From positions 1 through 61,162 of IMG/VR virus record IMGVR_UViG_3300017648_000001: a DNA stretch of 61,162 nucleotides. One strand, 5' to 3'. Positions 17,422 through 27,073 of this stretch are shown piece after piece. Below the pieces are notes generated by a model. It was given only the letters and a program-made list of their open reading frames with translations. It made no database searches and had not been told where the DNA came from. Position 1 is the stretch's first letter. Each line of letters opens with the position of its first letter. Source of the stretch: a virus. Lineage: Duplodnaviria; Caudoviricetes. The position numbers were made by a program, and so were the translations under genes.

Positions 17422-17730
17422 ATGAGAAATCAGTTTTATTACGAATTTAAAGAACAGGATTATTACGCTCTAATTGCAGTGAATGTTGAGAAATACGATT
17501 TAAAAACAAAACCTCACAAAAAAGCTACTGAATTATACGTCGGGGTTGTAGCTGGTGAAAGTGTGGAAGAAGTGCTAGAAGAAGGCGATCCAATCCAAGT
17601 AACAAAAGAATATGCATTTATGAAGTTTATATACGCTCATGAGTATGAATCCCAAACTGTTAAGGAGTTAATAAAGCAATTTGAGGAATCCGAAAATGAA
17701 GTTTTACTTATAGATAGCGCATTGATTTAA
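17422..17730 (+). CDS. Hypothetical protein (AT-rich cassette A)
   Basis: CG-poor sequence flanked by the conserved 24-bp sites. Confidence 0.7.
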   Translation: MRNQFYYEFKEQDYYALIAVNVEKYDLKTKPHKKATELYVGVVAGESVEEVLEEGDPIQVTKEYAFMKFIYAHEYESQTVKELIKQFEESENEVLLIDSALI

Positions 17731-17780
17731 TTCGAAATTCAAGTAAATAGCGCAACACCGACGAAAGGAGGACGCCACCC

Positions 17781-18398
17781 ATGCGCCATAAAACGAAGCT
17801 TATCGCCCTATCCGGCATTACCGCCGTATCCCTATTCGCTTACGTCGGCGGAGGCTATCACGAATCAAACGCGCCAAAAACGGAGTCACTAACGCCAGCC
17901 ATCGCCGAATCAGCGCACTACATCGACCATGCCGCGCTAATCACCGCCTTAACCGAAACGGAGGAGCTCGTCGGCTTAACCGGTACAGCAGCGAAAACGG
18001 TCGGTTATAATGACGCAAAATGGTACGGCGACAAAGCGTACGAACTAACCGTAAAGGGAACGTTTAAGATCGGCGTGGCAACCGATGACTTAGACGTCAG
18101 CATTAACGGCAATACGATAACCGTCCGATTTCCTCAGCCGAAGCTTTTAACGACAGATTTTCCGTTTGACATCGCTGACATACGCAAGGACGTCGGGCTG
18201 TTACGCGATGACTTGACCGAGGCGGAGTTACAAGCGTTATACGGCGAAGCGAGGACGGGAGCTATCGAAGACATCAAGCGCAATAGGCAAGCGTTTGAGC
18301 AGGCGGGCTCTTCCGTGGAGCGAAGTATTACTAAGATAATCGGAATGGTTACGGACGGCAATACGATAAAGGTTAAATTCGAGGAGGTAACGGAATGA
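17781..18398 (+). CDS. DUF4230-like membrane-anchored protein
   Basis: N-terminal TM helix; GTFKIGV...ITVRFPQPKLL pattern. Confidence 0.6.
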   Translation: MRHKTKLIALSGITAVSLFAYVGGGYHESNAPKTESLTPAIAESAHYIDHAALITALTETEELVGLTGTAAKTVGYNDAKWYGDKAYELTVKGTFKIGVATDDLDVSINGNTITVRFPQPKLLTTDFPFDIADIRKDVGLLRDDLTEAELQALYGEARTGAIEDIKRNRQAFEQAGSSVERSITKIIGMVTDGNTIKVKFEEVTE

Positions 18399-18598
18399 AA
18401 CGTAAATTTACGCTAGAGTTTGACGAAGCACCTCCGTTAGTATTCGTACAGAATCGCGTAGGGAATGACTTCGTATTGTATCAAGACGGAAAGGAAGTTC
18501 GCGGTATCCGTTCGCTACTTATTCGCGCAGGTTATGACGATGCTACTACGCATGAGGTCGAATATTTAACAGGGAAAACGAAGGAGGAAAACGAATGA
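18395..18598 (+). CDS. Hypothetical protein
   Basis: RBS and overlaps. Confidence 0.6.
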   Translation: MKRKFTLEFDEAPPLVFVQNRVGNDFVLYQDGKEVRGIRSLLIRAGYDDATTHEVEYLTGKTKEENE

Positions 18599-19209
18599 GA
18601 GTAAACGTTAAAATTAAACGCTTGAACGAAAACGCAGTAATTCCGAAATATGTACACGAATATGACAGCGGATTTGATCTCGTAGCATGCGACGATATTA
18701 TCATCGAACCGGGTGAGACGAAGCTGATTCCGACAGGGTTGGCGTTTGAATTACCGCCAGGATACGAGATCCAAATCCGACCTCGTTCGGGCATTACGTT
18801 AAAGACGAAACTACGCGTTCAGTTTGGCACTATCGATAGCCAGTATCGCGGAGAAGTCGGAGTTATTTGCGATAATATTTCGCCTATTGAATACGACATT
18901 GAACGTATTGAAAAACGTCACAATCTATTTATTCCGTATGATTATCGAATTCTAACGATAGGTGAAGATATTTACGAAGCTGACGGAAGTTACCCTCTAA
19001 ACACGTACATCATCCGCAAAGGAGATCGAATTGGCCAGGCAGTAATTAAGCCGGTTGAACAAGCGTTCTTTGTTGAGGTTGACGAACTTAGCGAAACGAC
19101 GCGCGGTCGAGGCGGATTCGGATCTAGCGGAGTTAAATCGGTACCTCAACTCGACTTAGATATCGACTCGGACGAAATTGTCGAAGCAATCCGGAAGTCT
19201 TACGAGTAA
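18595..19209 (+). CDS. dut: Trimeric dUTPase
   Basis: SGFDL, RPRSG, GTIDSQYRGE, GDRIGQ and RGRGGFGSSG motifs. Confidence 0.95.
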   Translation: MRVNVKIKRLNENAVIPKYVHEYDSGFDLVACDDIIIEPGETKLIPTGLAFELPPGYEIQIRPRSGITLKTKLRVQFGTIDSQYRGEVGVICDNISPIEYDIERIEKRHNLFIPYDYRILTIGEDIYEADGSYPLNTYIIRKGDRIGQAVIKPVEQAFFVEVDELSETTRGRGGFGSSGVKSVPQLDLDIDSDEIVEAIRKSYE

Positions 19210-19211
19210 TT

Positions 19212-19340
19212 ATGGACGCAGCAAAGGCGGCAATCACCGAAATCATCAAACGGCTGCGCGAAGATGGCGTAAGCAAGACGGTCATCGAGATCGACTTAAC
19301 GCATCATATTAAACGGGAGTTATCGAAGGAGGACGAATGA
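19212..19340 (+). CDS. Small hypothetical protein (42 aa)
   Basis: Fills the dut-thyX gap; weak RBS. Confidence 0.35.
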   Translation: MDAAKAAITEIIKRLREDGVSKTVIEIDLTHHIKRELSKEDE

Positions 19341-20141
19341 ATGGCAGAAACGAAAATGAGCGTCAAATTACTGGCGCATACGCAATTAAGCGAGGATTAC
19401 TGTTCGATGCTATCGGACGATAACGAGGAAGTTTACGACAGAATTGCTGACGGTACAATTGCGGACGGTCAAGCGGTAGCCCTTTCGGCAATCCGTACAT
19501 GCTATTCCGCAAACAAGCCGTCAGAAATAGTTGCAAAAGAAGGCGCTAAGTATTTCGGAAACAAAGCGACTGACGGCGGAACAGGTTCGGAAGCCGACCG
19601 ATTATTCCGTCATATCGTAGGATCTGGTCATACGTCAACTTTGGAGCATATATCGTTCACATTCGCAATCGAAGGCGTAAGTCGTGCGTTACTCGCACAA
19701 TTAACTCGCCATCGCGTCGGTTTCTCTTTCAGCGTACAGTCGCAACGCTATGTCAGACTTGGATCGAACGATCGCTCAGGCGGAATGGATTACGTTGTTC
19801 CTCATACGGTAACTGACGATAAGTCGAGAGAATTCGGCCCTTTCGGTTATGAGACGTCTGACGAAGTATTTGAGGCGGCGATGAATTATGCGCAAGATTG
19901 TTACGACCGTCTACGTGAATGTGGCGTTCCAGCCGAAGATGCACGCGCTGTCCTTCCGAATGCTGCGGCTACTAATCTCGTAATGACTGCGAATCTAACC
20001 GCGTTATTATCGTTCTACTCGAAACGTCGACCTGGCAACGGAGCGCAGAAGGAGATTACCGATTTGGCGGTCGCTTTGAAAGACGCGGTAATTAACGTTG
20101 AGCCGTGGACGAAACCATATTTCGAAATGGAGGCGAAGTAA
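19341..20141 (+). CDS. thyX: FAD-dependent thymidylate synthase
   Basis: GHTSTLEH, QLTRHR...VQSQRY and EDARAVLP motifs. Confidence 0.96.
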   Translation: MAETKMSVKLLAHTQLSEDYCSMLSDDNEEVYDRIADGTIADGQAVALSAIRTCYSANKPSEIVAKEGAKYFGNKATDGGTGSEADRLFRHIVGSGHTSTLEHISFTFAIEGVSRALLAQLTRHRVGFSFSVQSQRYVRLGSNDRSGGMDYVVPHTVTDDKSREFGPFGYETSDEVFEAAMNYAQDCYDRLRECGVPAEDARAVLPNAAATNLVMTANLTALLSFYSKRRPGNGAQKEITDLAVALKDAVINVEPWTKPYFEMEAK

Positions 20142-20142
20142 T

Positions 20143-20946
20143 ATGACGAAAGAAACTCGCACGCACTTAATCGCAGACCCAACGCTAGGAGGATTACAGC
20201 GCGAATACGTTGAGACTGACCGGAAGGCTGACGTGGGGGATTACGTTGTCGTTCAGTCATGTCGAGAAATACCGGAAATTAACGGACGTATCGGTAAATG
20301 TACTAATAATGGCGAATTTTCCGACGGTTCCATCGATGTTGATATTCCTAGCGAACAATACGGAGAGTTTTCGTTTTTAGACGGAGTTTACGACGTATCT
20401 ATAACGCTAGACCCGACTGACATCGTCCGCGTAGAAGGCGCGCGCTATAAACTCGTCGACCGTAAAGCGGAAGTTGGCGAGAAGGTTGTTATTACGAAAG
20501 CTTATACGGCGTTTGAAGGTAACGGCGAATATCGGAGTGGTGGAGTATATACGGTAACTGAAGCGGGGGATGATGCCGTATACACAAACGGAAAGTTCCT
20601 CGATGGTTCACAAATTAACTTATTCCGAAGCACAAACGAATATCACGTACTCGAGCCGGTAGATGCCGACGATCCAACCGTAGAAGTCAACGCGTCCCAA
20701 GCCTCGCCGGAAGTCATCGAAATGCTCGGAAACTTGGCGCTAAGGATTACCGAATTAGAGCGGACGAACAAGCGCCTCCTTGACGAAAAGCTAGCGCGAA
20801 TAGAAGATGAGCTCGACACGCTACACGCGAATCAGAAGCGCATGGCGGAGGAGCTAGAGAATACGAAAGCACAAGCGGATAATGACACAGTCGTCGCTGA
20901 ACTTGCGAGATTACTAGCGCGTGAGTCGCGGAAGGTGGGGCGCTAA
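20143..20946 (+). CDS. Hypothetical protein with repeated RKAxVG domains and a coiled coil
   Basis: DRKADVGDY and DRKAEVGEK repeats; GGAGG RBS. Confidence 0.7.
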   Translation: MTKETRTHLIADPTLGGLQREYVETDRKADVGDYVVVQSCREIPEINGRIGKCTNNGEFSDGSIDVDIPSEQYGEFSFLDGVYDVSITLDPTDIVRVEGARYKLVDRKAEVGEKVVITKAYTAFEGNGEYRSGGVYTVTEAGDDAVYTNGKFLDGSQINLFRSTNEYHVLEPVDADDPTVEVNASQASPEVIEMLGNLALRITELERTNKRLLDEKLARIEDELDTLHANQKRMAEELENTKAQADNDTVVAELARLLARESRKVGR

Positions 20947-21500
20947 TGACGGAAATTAAAATCGGTCTAACCGGCCGTCTTAGAAGCGGAAAGGATTCCG
21001 TCGCAGCCTACGCAAGCACCTTCTACGATTTCGCAACATATGCGTTCGGTGACGAATTGAAACGCGACTATCACGCGAAGAATCCGGATGTACCTCGTAC
21101 GCCGAAACCGAGAAAAGCGTATCAGGAACACGGACAGGCGGAGCGCTCCCGACGAGGCGACGACGTTTGGGTTGACGAGGTGTTCCGTACGATCGAATCA
21201 CACCGTTGGCCCGAGCGGATTATGATTACCGACGTAAGGCAGTCGAATGAGGTTGCGAGATTAAAGTCGGAGGGTTTCGTACTCATACGGATTACGGCTC
21301 CGGATCATGTCCGAATAGAAAGGGCGAAAGCTGCCGGAGATGCGTTTTCGGCGGAGGATTTGACGCATAGTACGGAGCTTGCCGTTGATGATTTCGAAGT
21401 AGATTTCGAGATTCATAACGATGGATCGCTCGTTGAGTTGTACGAAAAGTTTGATGCGGTGATGGCGGAATTGAATATTTCGAAGGAGGACGATATATGA
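20946..21500 (+). CDS. Deoxynucleoside monophosphate kinase
   Basis: GRLRSGKD P-loop; ITDVRQSNE and HSTE motifs. Confidence 0.85.
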   Translation: MTEIKIGLTGRLRSGKDSVAAYASTFYDFATYAFGDELKRDYHAKNPDVPRTPKPRKAYQEHGQAERSRRGDDVWVDEVFRTIESHRWPERIMITDVRQSNEVARLKSEGFVLIRITAPDHVRIERAKAAGDAFSAEDLTHSTELAVDDFEVDFEIHNDGSLVELYEKFDAVMAELNISKEDDI

Positions 21501-23356
21501 GCAACTTTAAATTCGTAGAATTATTCGCAGGCATCGGAGGGTTCCGTCAAGGACTCGACCAACTCGGAGGAGAATGCGTATTAGCTTCGGAGTGGGATAA
21601 ATTCGCTAAACAATCGTACACTATTCTTTACGGTGACGAACATCTTAACGATGACGTAACGAAAATTAACGAAAAAGACGTTCCTGACCACGACGTATTA
21701 GTATTCGGCATGCCTTGTCAAGCATTCTCGGTCGCAGGCAAGCGTTTAGGGTTCGAAGATATGCGCGGTACTTTATATTTCGAAGCTATGCGAATTGCTC
21801 GCGAAAAGAAACCGAAAGTATTGTGGATGGAAAACGTTAAGGGACTCGTAGGGCATGATTCCGGTAGGACGCTTAACGTAATGGCGCAAGCGATGTGCGA
21901 TATCGGCTACACGATAGATTTCGAAGTCCTAAATTCTAAATACTTCGGAGTTCCTCAGAATCGCGAGCGTATCTTCATGATTGGTATCCGTGACGATTTA
22001 ATCGAGCAGCAACCGTGGAAGATCGAAGGTACTAACGTAGTAGCGAAAGGTAAGCGTAGGATCTCCGAATTAGAGGGCGTTAAGACGTTTAACTTTGACT
22101 GGCCTGAACAAACGGAAGTAACGACGAGGTTGCGAGATATTTTAGAAACAAACGTAGACGAACGATATTACCTTAGCGAAGAGAAAACAGCGAAACTGGT
22201 GGCGCAGTTAGATCGCGAAAAGTACGATAAGGAAATTCCGGTGGTTATCGATCCTTCGCAACAGAAACGGGAGGGCAGAGCGAGAGTATACGTCGATGAA
22301 TCTCCGACAATTACGGCGAGGGATTACAAAGAACCGCGTATGATCGGCCACATCGATCTAAAAGGTCATGACGCAATCAAGCGCGTATATGATCCGTCCG
22401 CAATTTCGCCAACACTTACGACAATGGGCGGAGGACATCGTGAACCGAAGATAGCGGTACAAATGAATCGTAATGAAATCGGTAAGCAAACGGAAATCTC
22501 GCACTGCTTAATGGCGCGTGACTATAAAGGATTCGGCAATCAAGATATGACGGGGATAATCGAAGAAGTCCGACCAGTTTTAACGCCAGACCGTATCGAA
22601 AAGAGACAAAACGGACGTAGATTTAAAGAAGACGGAGAAGAATCGTTCACACTTACGGCACAGGATCGACATGGCGTGGCAGTCGGCACTAAGGAGGTTT
22701 TGTATGACGAGGAAAAGGAAAGAAACACCGTTGAAGTATTGCGAAAGCTGCGGGAAGAAGTTGGAGAGGAAGAGGTTGCCGAATGGAGATTTAGAGTACT
22801 TGATACACTTCAATCGTCGGAAGTATTGCAACAGAAACTGCATGTCGGAGTCATTCAAGGGCAGAGAATTGACGGACGATCCAAGTTGGTACACAGCCCA
22901 CAAACGAGCGAGATCAATAAAGAAAGCGGAAATGTGCGAGAAGTGTGGGTCGACAGAGAATGTGGATGTACACCACAAGGACGAGGACTGGAAGAACAAT
23001 TCGCTAGAGAATTTACAGTCATTATGCCGGAGTTGTCATATGAAAGAGCACAGACCGAAAAAGAGTTGCAAGATTTGTGGGAATCGACACAAGGGTCTGG
23101 GTTATTGCGAGAAGCATTATATAAGATTCAAGAAATATGGCGATCCGAATTACCTAAAACGAGGTACAGAATCAGAAAGTTAACGCCTAAAGAAACATTT
23201 AGACTCCAGGGCTTTCCCGATAGTGAGTTCGATAAGTTGGTCGAGGGTGGCATCTCGAATTCCCAACTTTATAAGCAAGCCGGTAACGCGGTAACGGTGA
23301 ATGTAATAAATGCGTTAGGCAGGCGTTTATTACCGTATTTAGGAGGCGATCAGTAA
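21497..23356 (+). CDS. C5-cytosine DNA methyltransferase with a large multi-TRD variable region
   Basis: LFAGIGG, PCQ, ENV, PQNRER, motif IX (RKLTPKETFRLQGF) and motif X (AGNAV). Confidence 0.95.
   Translation: MSNFKFVELFAGIGGFRQGLDQLGGECVLASEWDKFAKQSYTILYGDEHLNDDVTKINEKDVPDHDVLVFGMPCQAFSVAGKRLGFEDMRGTLYFEAMRIAREKKPKVLWMENVKGLVGHDSGRTLNVMAQAMCDIGYTIDFEVLNSKYFGVPQNRERIFMIGIRDDLIEQQPWKIEGTNVVAKGKRRISELEGVKTFNFDWPEQTEVTTRLRDILETNVDERYYLSEEKTAKLVAQLDREKYDKEIPVVIDPSQQKREGRARVYVDESPTITARDYKEPRMIGHIDLKGHDAIKRVYDPSAISPTLTTMGGGHREPKIAVQMNRNEIGKQTEISHCLMARDYKGFGNQDMTGIIEEVRPVLTPDRIEKRQNGRRFKEDGEESFTLTAQDRHGVAVGTKEVLYDEEKERNTVEVLRKLREEVGEEEVAEWRFRVLDTLQSSEVLQQKLHVGVIQGQRIDGRSKLVHSPQTSEINKESGNVREVWVDRECGCTPQGRGLEEQFAREFTVIMPELSYERAQTEKELQDLWESTQGSGLLREALYKIQEIWRSELPKTRYRIRKLTPKETFRLQGFPDSEFDKLVEGGISNSQLYKQAGNAVTVNVINALGRRLLPYLGGDQ
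22704..23183 (+). CDS. HNH/zinc-finger endonuclease nested in the +1 frame of the methyltransferase
   Basis: AAGGAGG (22691-22697) 6 nt before ATG; CEKC...DVHHKDEDWKNNSLENLQSLCRSCH HNH motif; additional CxxC motifs. Confidence 0.85.
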   Translation: MTRKRKETPLKYCESCGKKLERKRLPNGDLEYLIHFNRRKYCNRNCMSESFKGRELTDDPSWYTAHKRARSIKKAEMCEKCGSTENVDVHHKDEDWKNNSLENLQSLCRSCHMKEHRPKKSCKICGNRHKGLGYCEKHYIRFKKYGDPNYLKRGTESES

Positions 23357-23605
23357 ATGAATCATTACGAAGACGCCAACGAAAATACGCGTTGTAAAAT
23401 GTGTGGAACTAAAGTCGAGGGCGGTTATTGTAGTTGTGTAATCCAAGCGATAGAAGAATCTCCGAAACTACAAATTCGCGGCAAGGTAATAGTCAACGAA
23501 GATACGGGCGTTGTTGATGTAACGAATGAACGTACTGATTTATCGGAGGTATTAGTGGAGTATAAAGATAGAAACGTTATTGTAACAATAGATTTCGGCA
23601 TCTAA
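23357..23605 (+). CDS. Hypothetical protein with a zinc-ribbon motif
   Basis: RBS; CKMC...CSC. Confidence 0.6.
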   Translation: MNHYEDANENTRCKMCGTKVEGGYCSCVIQAIEESPKLQIRGKVIVNEDTGVVDVTNERTDLSEVLVEYKDRNVIVTIDFGI

Positions 23606-23637
23606 CGAAGAAAAGCGCTAGCTTGCCGACTAGCGCC

Positions 23638-24042
23638 TTAATCTTCAATTTCGAAACAGTACGATCCTTCGGGGTACTCTCCGTACTCCTTACCGACGTA
23701 CTCATAGCGCAACGGCAACTTCGACTCACTAACGCCAATCTCACGTATAAACACACGGGCGCTGCTATACGAACGCTTATCGAAATTGAACGGCTTTACG
23801 TCAGTAGCGCGAACCACTTCTGGCTTGGCGACGACCAGGCGCTTGTTTACCGCATCATATCCGATGATTAGTTTCGTTGGCATCTGAGCGCCCAACTTCA
23901 AAATATCACGCGTACCTGACGACAGATACAAGCGCAACTGCTTATCGATGGTTATATAGGCGCCTCCGGTCGATTCGTTAGATATCCAGCGGAATCCTTC
24001 GGGCGCTTTGTTATCGGGGGCATTTGATTTACTCGACGGCAT
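23638..24042 (-). CDS. Hypothetical protein (possibly AbrB-like fold), lone reverse-strand gene
   Basis: GAGGTG RBS 9 nt before ATG 24042; ITIDKQLRLYL pattern; hairpin at 23613-23638. Confidence 0.65.
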   Translation of the reverse strand: MPSSKSNAPDNKAPEGFRWISNESTGGAYITIDKQLRLYLSSGTRDILKLGAQMPTKLIIGYDAVNKRLVVAKPEVVRATDVKPFNFDKRSYSSARVFIREIGVSESKLPLRYEYVGKEYGEYPEGSYCFEIED

Positions 24043-24123
24043 TTTACGACACACCTCGCAATCTTAACGATTTTAGCTTTATTATACGCGAAAACTTAAC
24101 GAAAAGAAAGGGCGGAGATTATT

Positions 24124-25344
24124 ATCGGAAAAGCAGACCGTAAACGATGGGAAGGTAATGTAAGATCGATGGAAATTATCGCGAAGGATAGCGACAAAAT
24201 AACGGCGGAGGACATCGAATTCCTTCGCCAAAACTATACGTCAGCAGGCGGTCTATTACCGAACGCATTTAGTGGCGGAGCGTTCTTTACGCCTACACAT
24301 GTTGCGAAATTTATTTGGGACGTATTAGCGCCAAAATTACCGGATAAGCCGAAGATACTCGAACCGTCGGTCGGGTCCGGAGTATTCCTCGAACATGCTC
24401 CGGAAGATGCGGAAGTAACGGCGCTAGAGCTCGACAAGACTTCGGCAAAGGTTACGTCGTTACTATACCCTAACGCTGAGATTATCGAAGGCGATGCGTT
24501 GGTTCATTCACGCCGAGACTACTACGATTTAGTGATCGGAAATCCTCCGTACGGCGTTTCGGTTAACTTCGAAAGTGATGACGAATGGTTATTAACGAAA
24601 AAGAAAGGCGCTTATAGCGGTAAGTCGGAAGTAGCGTTTATCGAACTAGCTATCAAAGCGGTAAAACCCGGTGGTTATATAGCGTTCGTATTACCGAAAG
24701 GTATCTCTTACGCTAATTACGCAGCTAAGTTGCGCCAATACATGTACGAAACATGCTGGCAAGTGGCAACGATATTCTTACCAGGCGAAACGTTCCAACA
24801 CGTAGGTACGACGATAGAAACGCAGATTATTATTCTTCGTAAAGTAACGCCAAACGCGAGATTAATAGACGTTGCCACGAAGAAGTGGGGATCGAATTTT
24901 AAGCGTTCAGATTACGGTGATATTACCGAATTTAACGCCAAGTTTTACGAGGGACAGACGCCAGCCTATTTCGCTAAGGTTACGGATATCGGTTGGGACG
25001 CGAAAGGCAAAATGACGGATAAGTGGGGCGATGGATTAACGCAGCTAGACGAGTTAGTAGACGATTTTACCGATTCACTAGTTCGCGAGAATCTATATCC
25101 GCATATACCGAGTTGGCACGGTTTAAAGGAAATAACGTCGTTCTTCTTTTCGAACGGCAACGATACTTGCGACGGACATCGCGAAGCTGCAGCGTGCTAT
25201 AAATACGGGCCTTACCGATGGAATGAATTAACGCTAGGCGCCGGTGAGGAGGTCGTTTGGAATGGCGAAGAACGATCGACGTTTGATTTCGATTGGCAAG
25301 ACGACATAGTGCGGAAATATTACGAAGAATTGGAGGCGAAATAA
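24124..25344 (+). CDS. N6-adenine DNA methyltransferase (probable non-AUG start near 24121-24124)
   Basis: FFTP, ILEPSVGSG and GNPPY motifs. Confidence 0.9.
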   Translation: MGKADRKRWEGNVRSMEIIAKDSDKITAEDIEFLRQNYTSAGGLLPNAFSGGAFFTPTHVAKFIWDVLAPKLPDKPKILEPSVGSGVFLEHAPEDAEVTALELDKTSAKVTSLLYPNAEIIEGDALVHSRRDYYDLVIGNPPYGVSVNFESDDEWLLTKKKGAYSGKSEVAFIELAIKAVKPGGYIAFVLPKGISYANYAAKLRQYMYETCWQVATIFLPGETFQHVGTTIETQIIILRKVTPNARLIDVATKKWGSNFKRSDYGDITEFNAKFYEGQTPAYFAKVTDIGWDAKGKMTDKWGDGLTQLDELVDDFTDSLVRENLYPHIPSWHGLKEITSFFFSNGNDTCDGHREAAACYKYGPYRWNELTLGAGEEVVWNGEERSTFDFDWQDDIVRKYYEELEAK

Positions 25345-25520
25345 TGGAAGGAGATAAATACTTCGATATCAATAAAATAAAAACGTATGATTGGCCGGAC
25401 CTAAACGGTAAAAAATTAAAAATAGTAACTGCTGAGGACAGTGGATTTTCTTGTATATCCGGTGTGGATGAAGATACCGGCATTATATGCGTAATCGCAA
25501 CGAAACAGGAGGTGCTTTAA
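25344..25520 (+). CDS. Hypothetical protein
   Basis: GGAGG RBS; TAATG overlap. Confidence 0.6.
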   Translation: MEGDKYFDINKIKTYDWPDLNGKKLKIVTAEDSGFSCISGVDEDTGIICVIATKQEVL

Positions 25521-25937
25521 TTGGGCGCAGTTAAGACGGACCTACACGCAAAAGAACGAACACTCGACGCGACCTATCCAGCGCTCAACTCTCCGACTGG
25601 CCTCCGGATTCTCCTCAGCGATTACCACGCTTTGATCGGACGGCAATACTCCGGTGACTATGACGCGATTGTTCTGCTGACGGATCTTCGGAAGGCGATC
25701 GAACTAGCGCGTTTAACGGATAGGCAGCGTCAGGCGCTTACGTTAGTCTATTTCGAGGATTTGACGCAAGAGGAAGCTGGTAGGCGGATGGGATTGGCGC
25801 GAGAATCCGTAAAGACTTACGTAGAGAACGCGTTAGATAAGATATCGGAGATTTATCGATATTGGTCCGATCATGGCGAAGGATACACATACGAAACGGA
25901 GGCGGATTTATATGTCGACATACAAGACGAAGTTTAA
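25521..25937 (+). CDS. Sigma-70 region-4 HTH protein (late activator candidate)
   Basis: LTDRQRQALTLVYFEDLTQEEAGRRMGL. Confidence 0.8.
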   Translation: MGAVKTDLHAKERTLDATYPALNSPTGLRILLSDYHALIGRQYSGDYDAIVLLTDLRKAIELARLTDRQRQALTLVYFEDLTQEEAGRRMGLARESVKTYVENALDKISEIYRYWSDHGEGYTYETEADLYVDIQDEV

Positions 25938-26382
25938 CGAAGCAATTGACGAAATGTACGCAAAAACTAAGCGTGGTGAACTACCGCGTGAGTTGCGTAT
26001 GGTAGAAATCGAAGCACTTACGGACTGGTACGTCAAAAATACCGGAAAGAGGCCGGACATCAAAGCTTTGGAGCGACTTTCCGATTTAATATTATACGAA
26101 GAGTTAACGGACCCACATCCGGATAAAGTTACTCGGAGTGAATACCCGTTCCTCAGCGAAACCCAATTCGAGGAGCGCCACAAAGGCGAGGCTTCGTTTA
26201 AATTAGCGGAAGAGCATGGCGTAGATGGGCGTAATCATAAGCCGCCGACGAGACGAGAGCGCACTGGTTACGAAAATAGACTGATAGATCGGAAGGCGAG
26301 AGCGCGTAATAAAGAGAGACAGCGCCGATATAACGAGTTTACGAGAGTGCAGCCGGTTGTTACTACAAAAATAAGTCTTTAG
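25912..26382 (+). CDS. Hypothetical protein coupled to the sigma region-4 gene
   Basis: GGAGG RBS before ATG 25912; overlap with the upstream gene. Confidence 0.7.
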   Translation: MSTYKTKFNEAIDEMYAKTKRGELPRELRMVEIEALTDWYVKNTGKRPDIKALERLSDLILYEELTDPHPDKVTRSEYPFLSETQFEERHKGEASFKLAEEHGVDGRNHKPPTRRERTGYENRLIDRKARARNKERQRRYNEFTRVQPVVTTKISL

Positions 26383-26613
26383 CCCTACCATACTTTTACA
26401 CGTTTAGTTGGCTATACGTATAGAGAGCGTATATTTTCCTCGGTTGTACGGTCTATATAGTGGTGCCCCATGAAATTAACGATTTCGTATCTATGTATAC
26501 TATGAGCCCGTATAAAAACACCGTTTAGTTATCTATATATGTGAGGGAAGTTTTCGCTTCTCTTGCTACGTTTTTGATGAAAATTGCGACATAAACAAAA
26601 GGAGGAATTTGAA

Positions 26614-26988
26614 GTGAAAGAAGGACAATGGACACATAGTTATTATGATGAAATATTCCAAAGTGGTGCTTATTTTGAAACTAAAGAACAAGCTGTTGAA
26701 GATGGGAAGAAGGAGTATGGAGAAGATTACAAACATTTTTATGTTGGTCAAATAAAAGATGTTTCTTTTGCTTTAACACCTAATGTTGATAGTGTTTTAG
26801 AGGGTATAGCACAAAATGTTTATGATGAAGTTGGAGAAGTTTCGGAGGATTATTTGAATCATATTGAAAAGGAACATTATGAAGCACTTGAAGATGAATT
26901 AAATAAAGTTATTTCAGTTTGGATGGATAAATACGGATATAAACCAGAGTTTTTCAAAGTTGTAAATGTCGAAAAAGTTACTGCATAG
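26614..26988 (+). CDS. Hypothetical protein (AT-rich cassette B)
   Basis: AAAGGAGG RBS; GTG start; flanked by the 24-bp sites. Confidence 0.7.
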   Translation: MKEGQWTHSYYDEIFQSGAYFETKEQAVEDGKKEYGEDYKHFYVGQIKDVSFALTPNVDSVLEGIAQNVYDEVGEVSEDYLNHIEKEHYEALEDELNKVISVWMDKYGYKPEFFKVVNVEKVTA

Positions 26989-27073
26989 TTCAAGGAAATA
27001 ACGAAATAAACCGCGCTGAGAAATCGGCGTTTTTTTAATTTGTTAAAACATTTTCGAAAAAGGGGACGATAAA

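Noticed and set aside
22691-23183. Group I intron or intein as the explanation for the HNH insertion
   Set aside because: No non-coding flanks for a ribozyme core, no intein termini, and the host frame stays open
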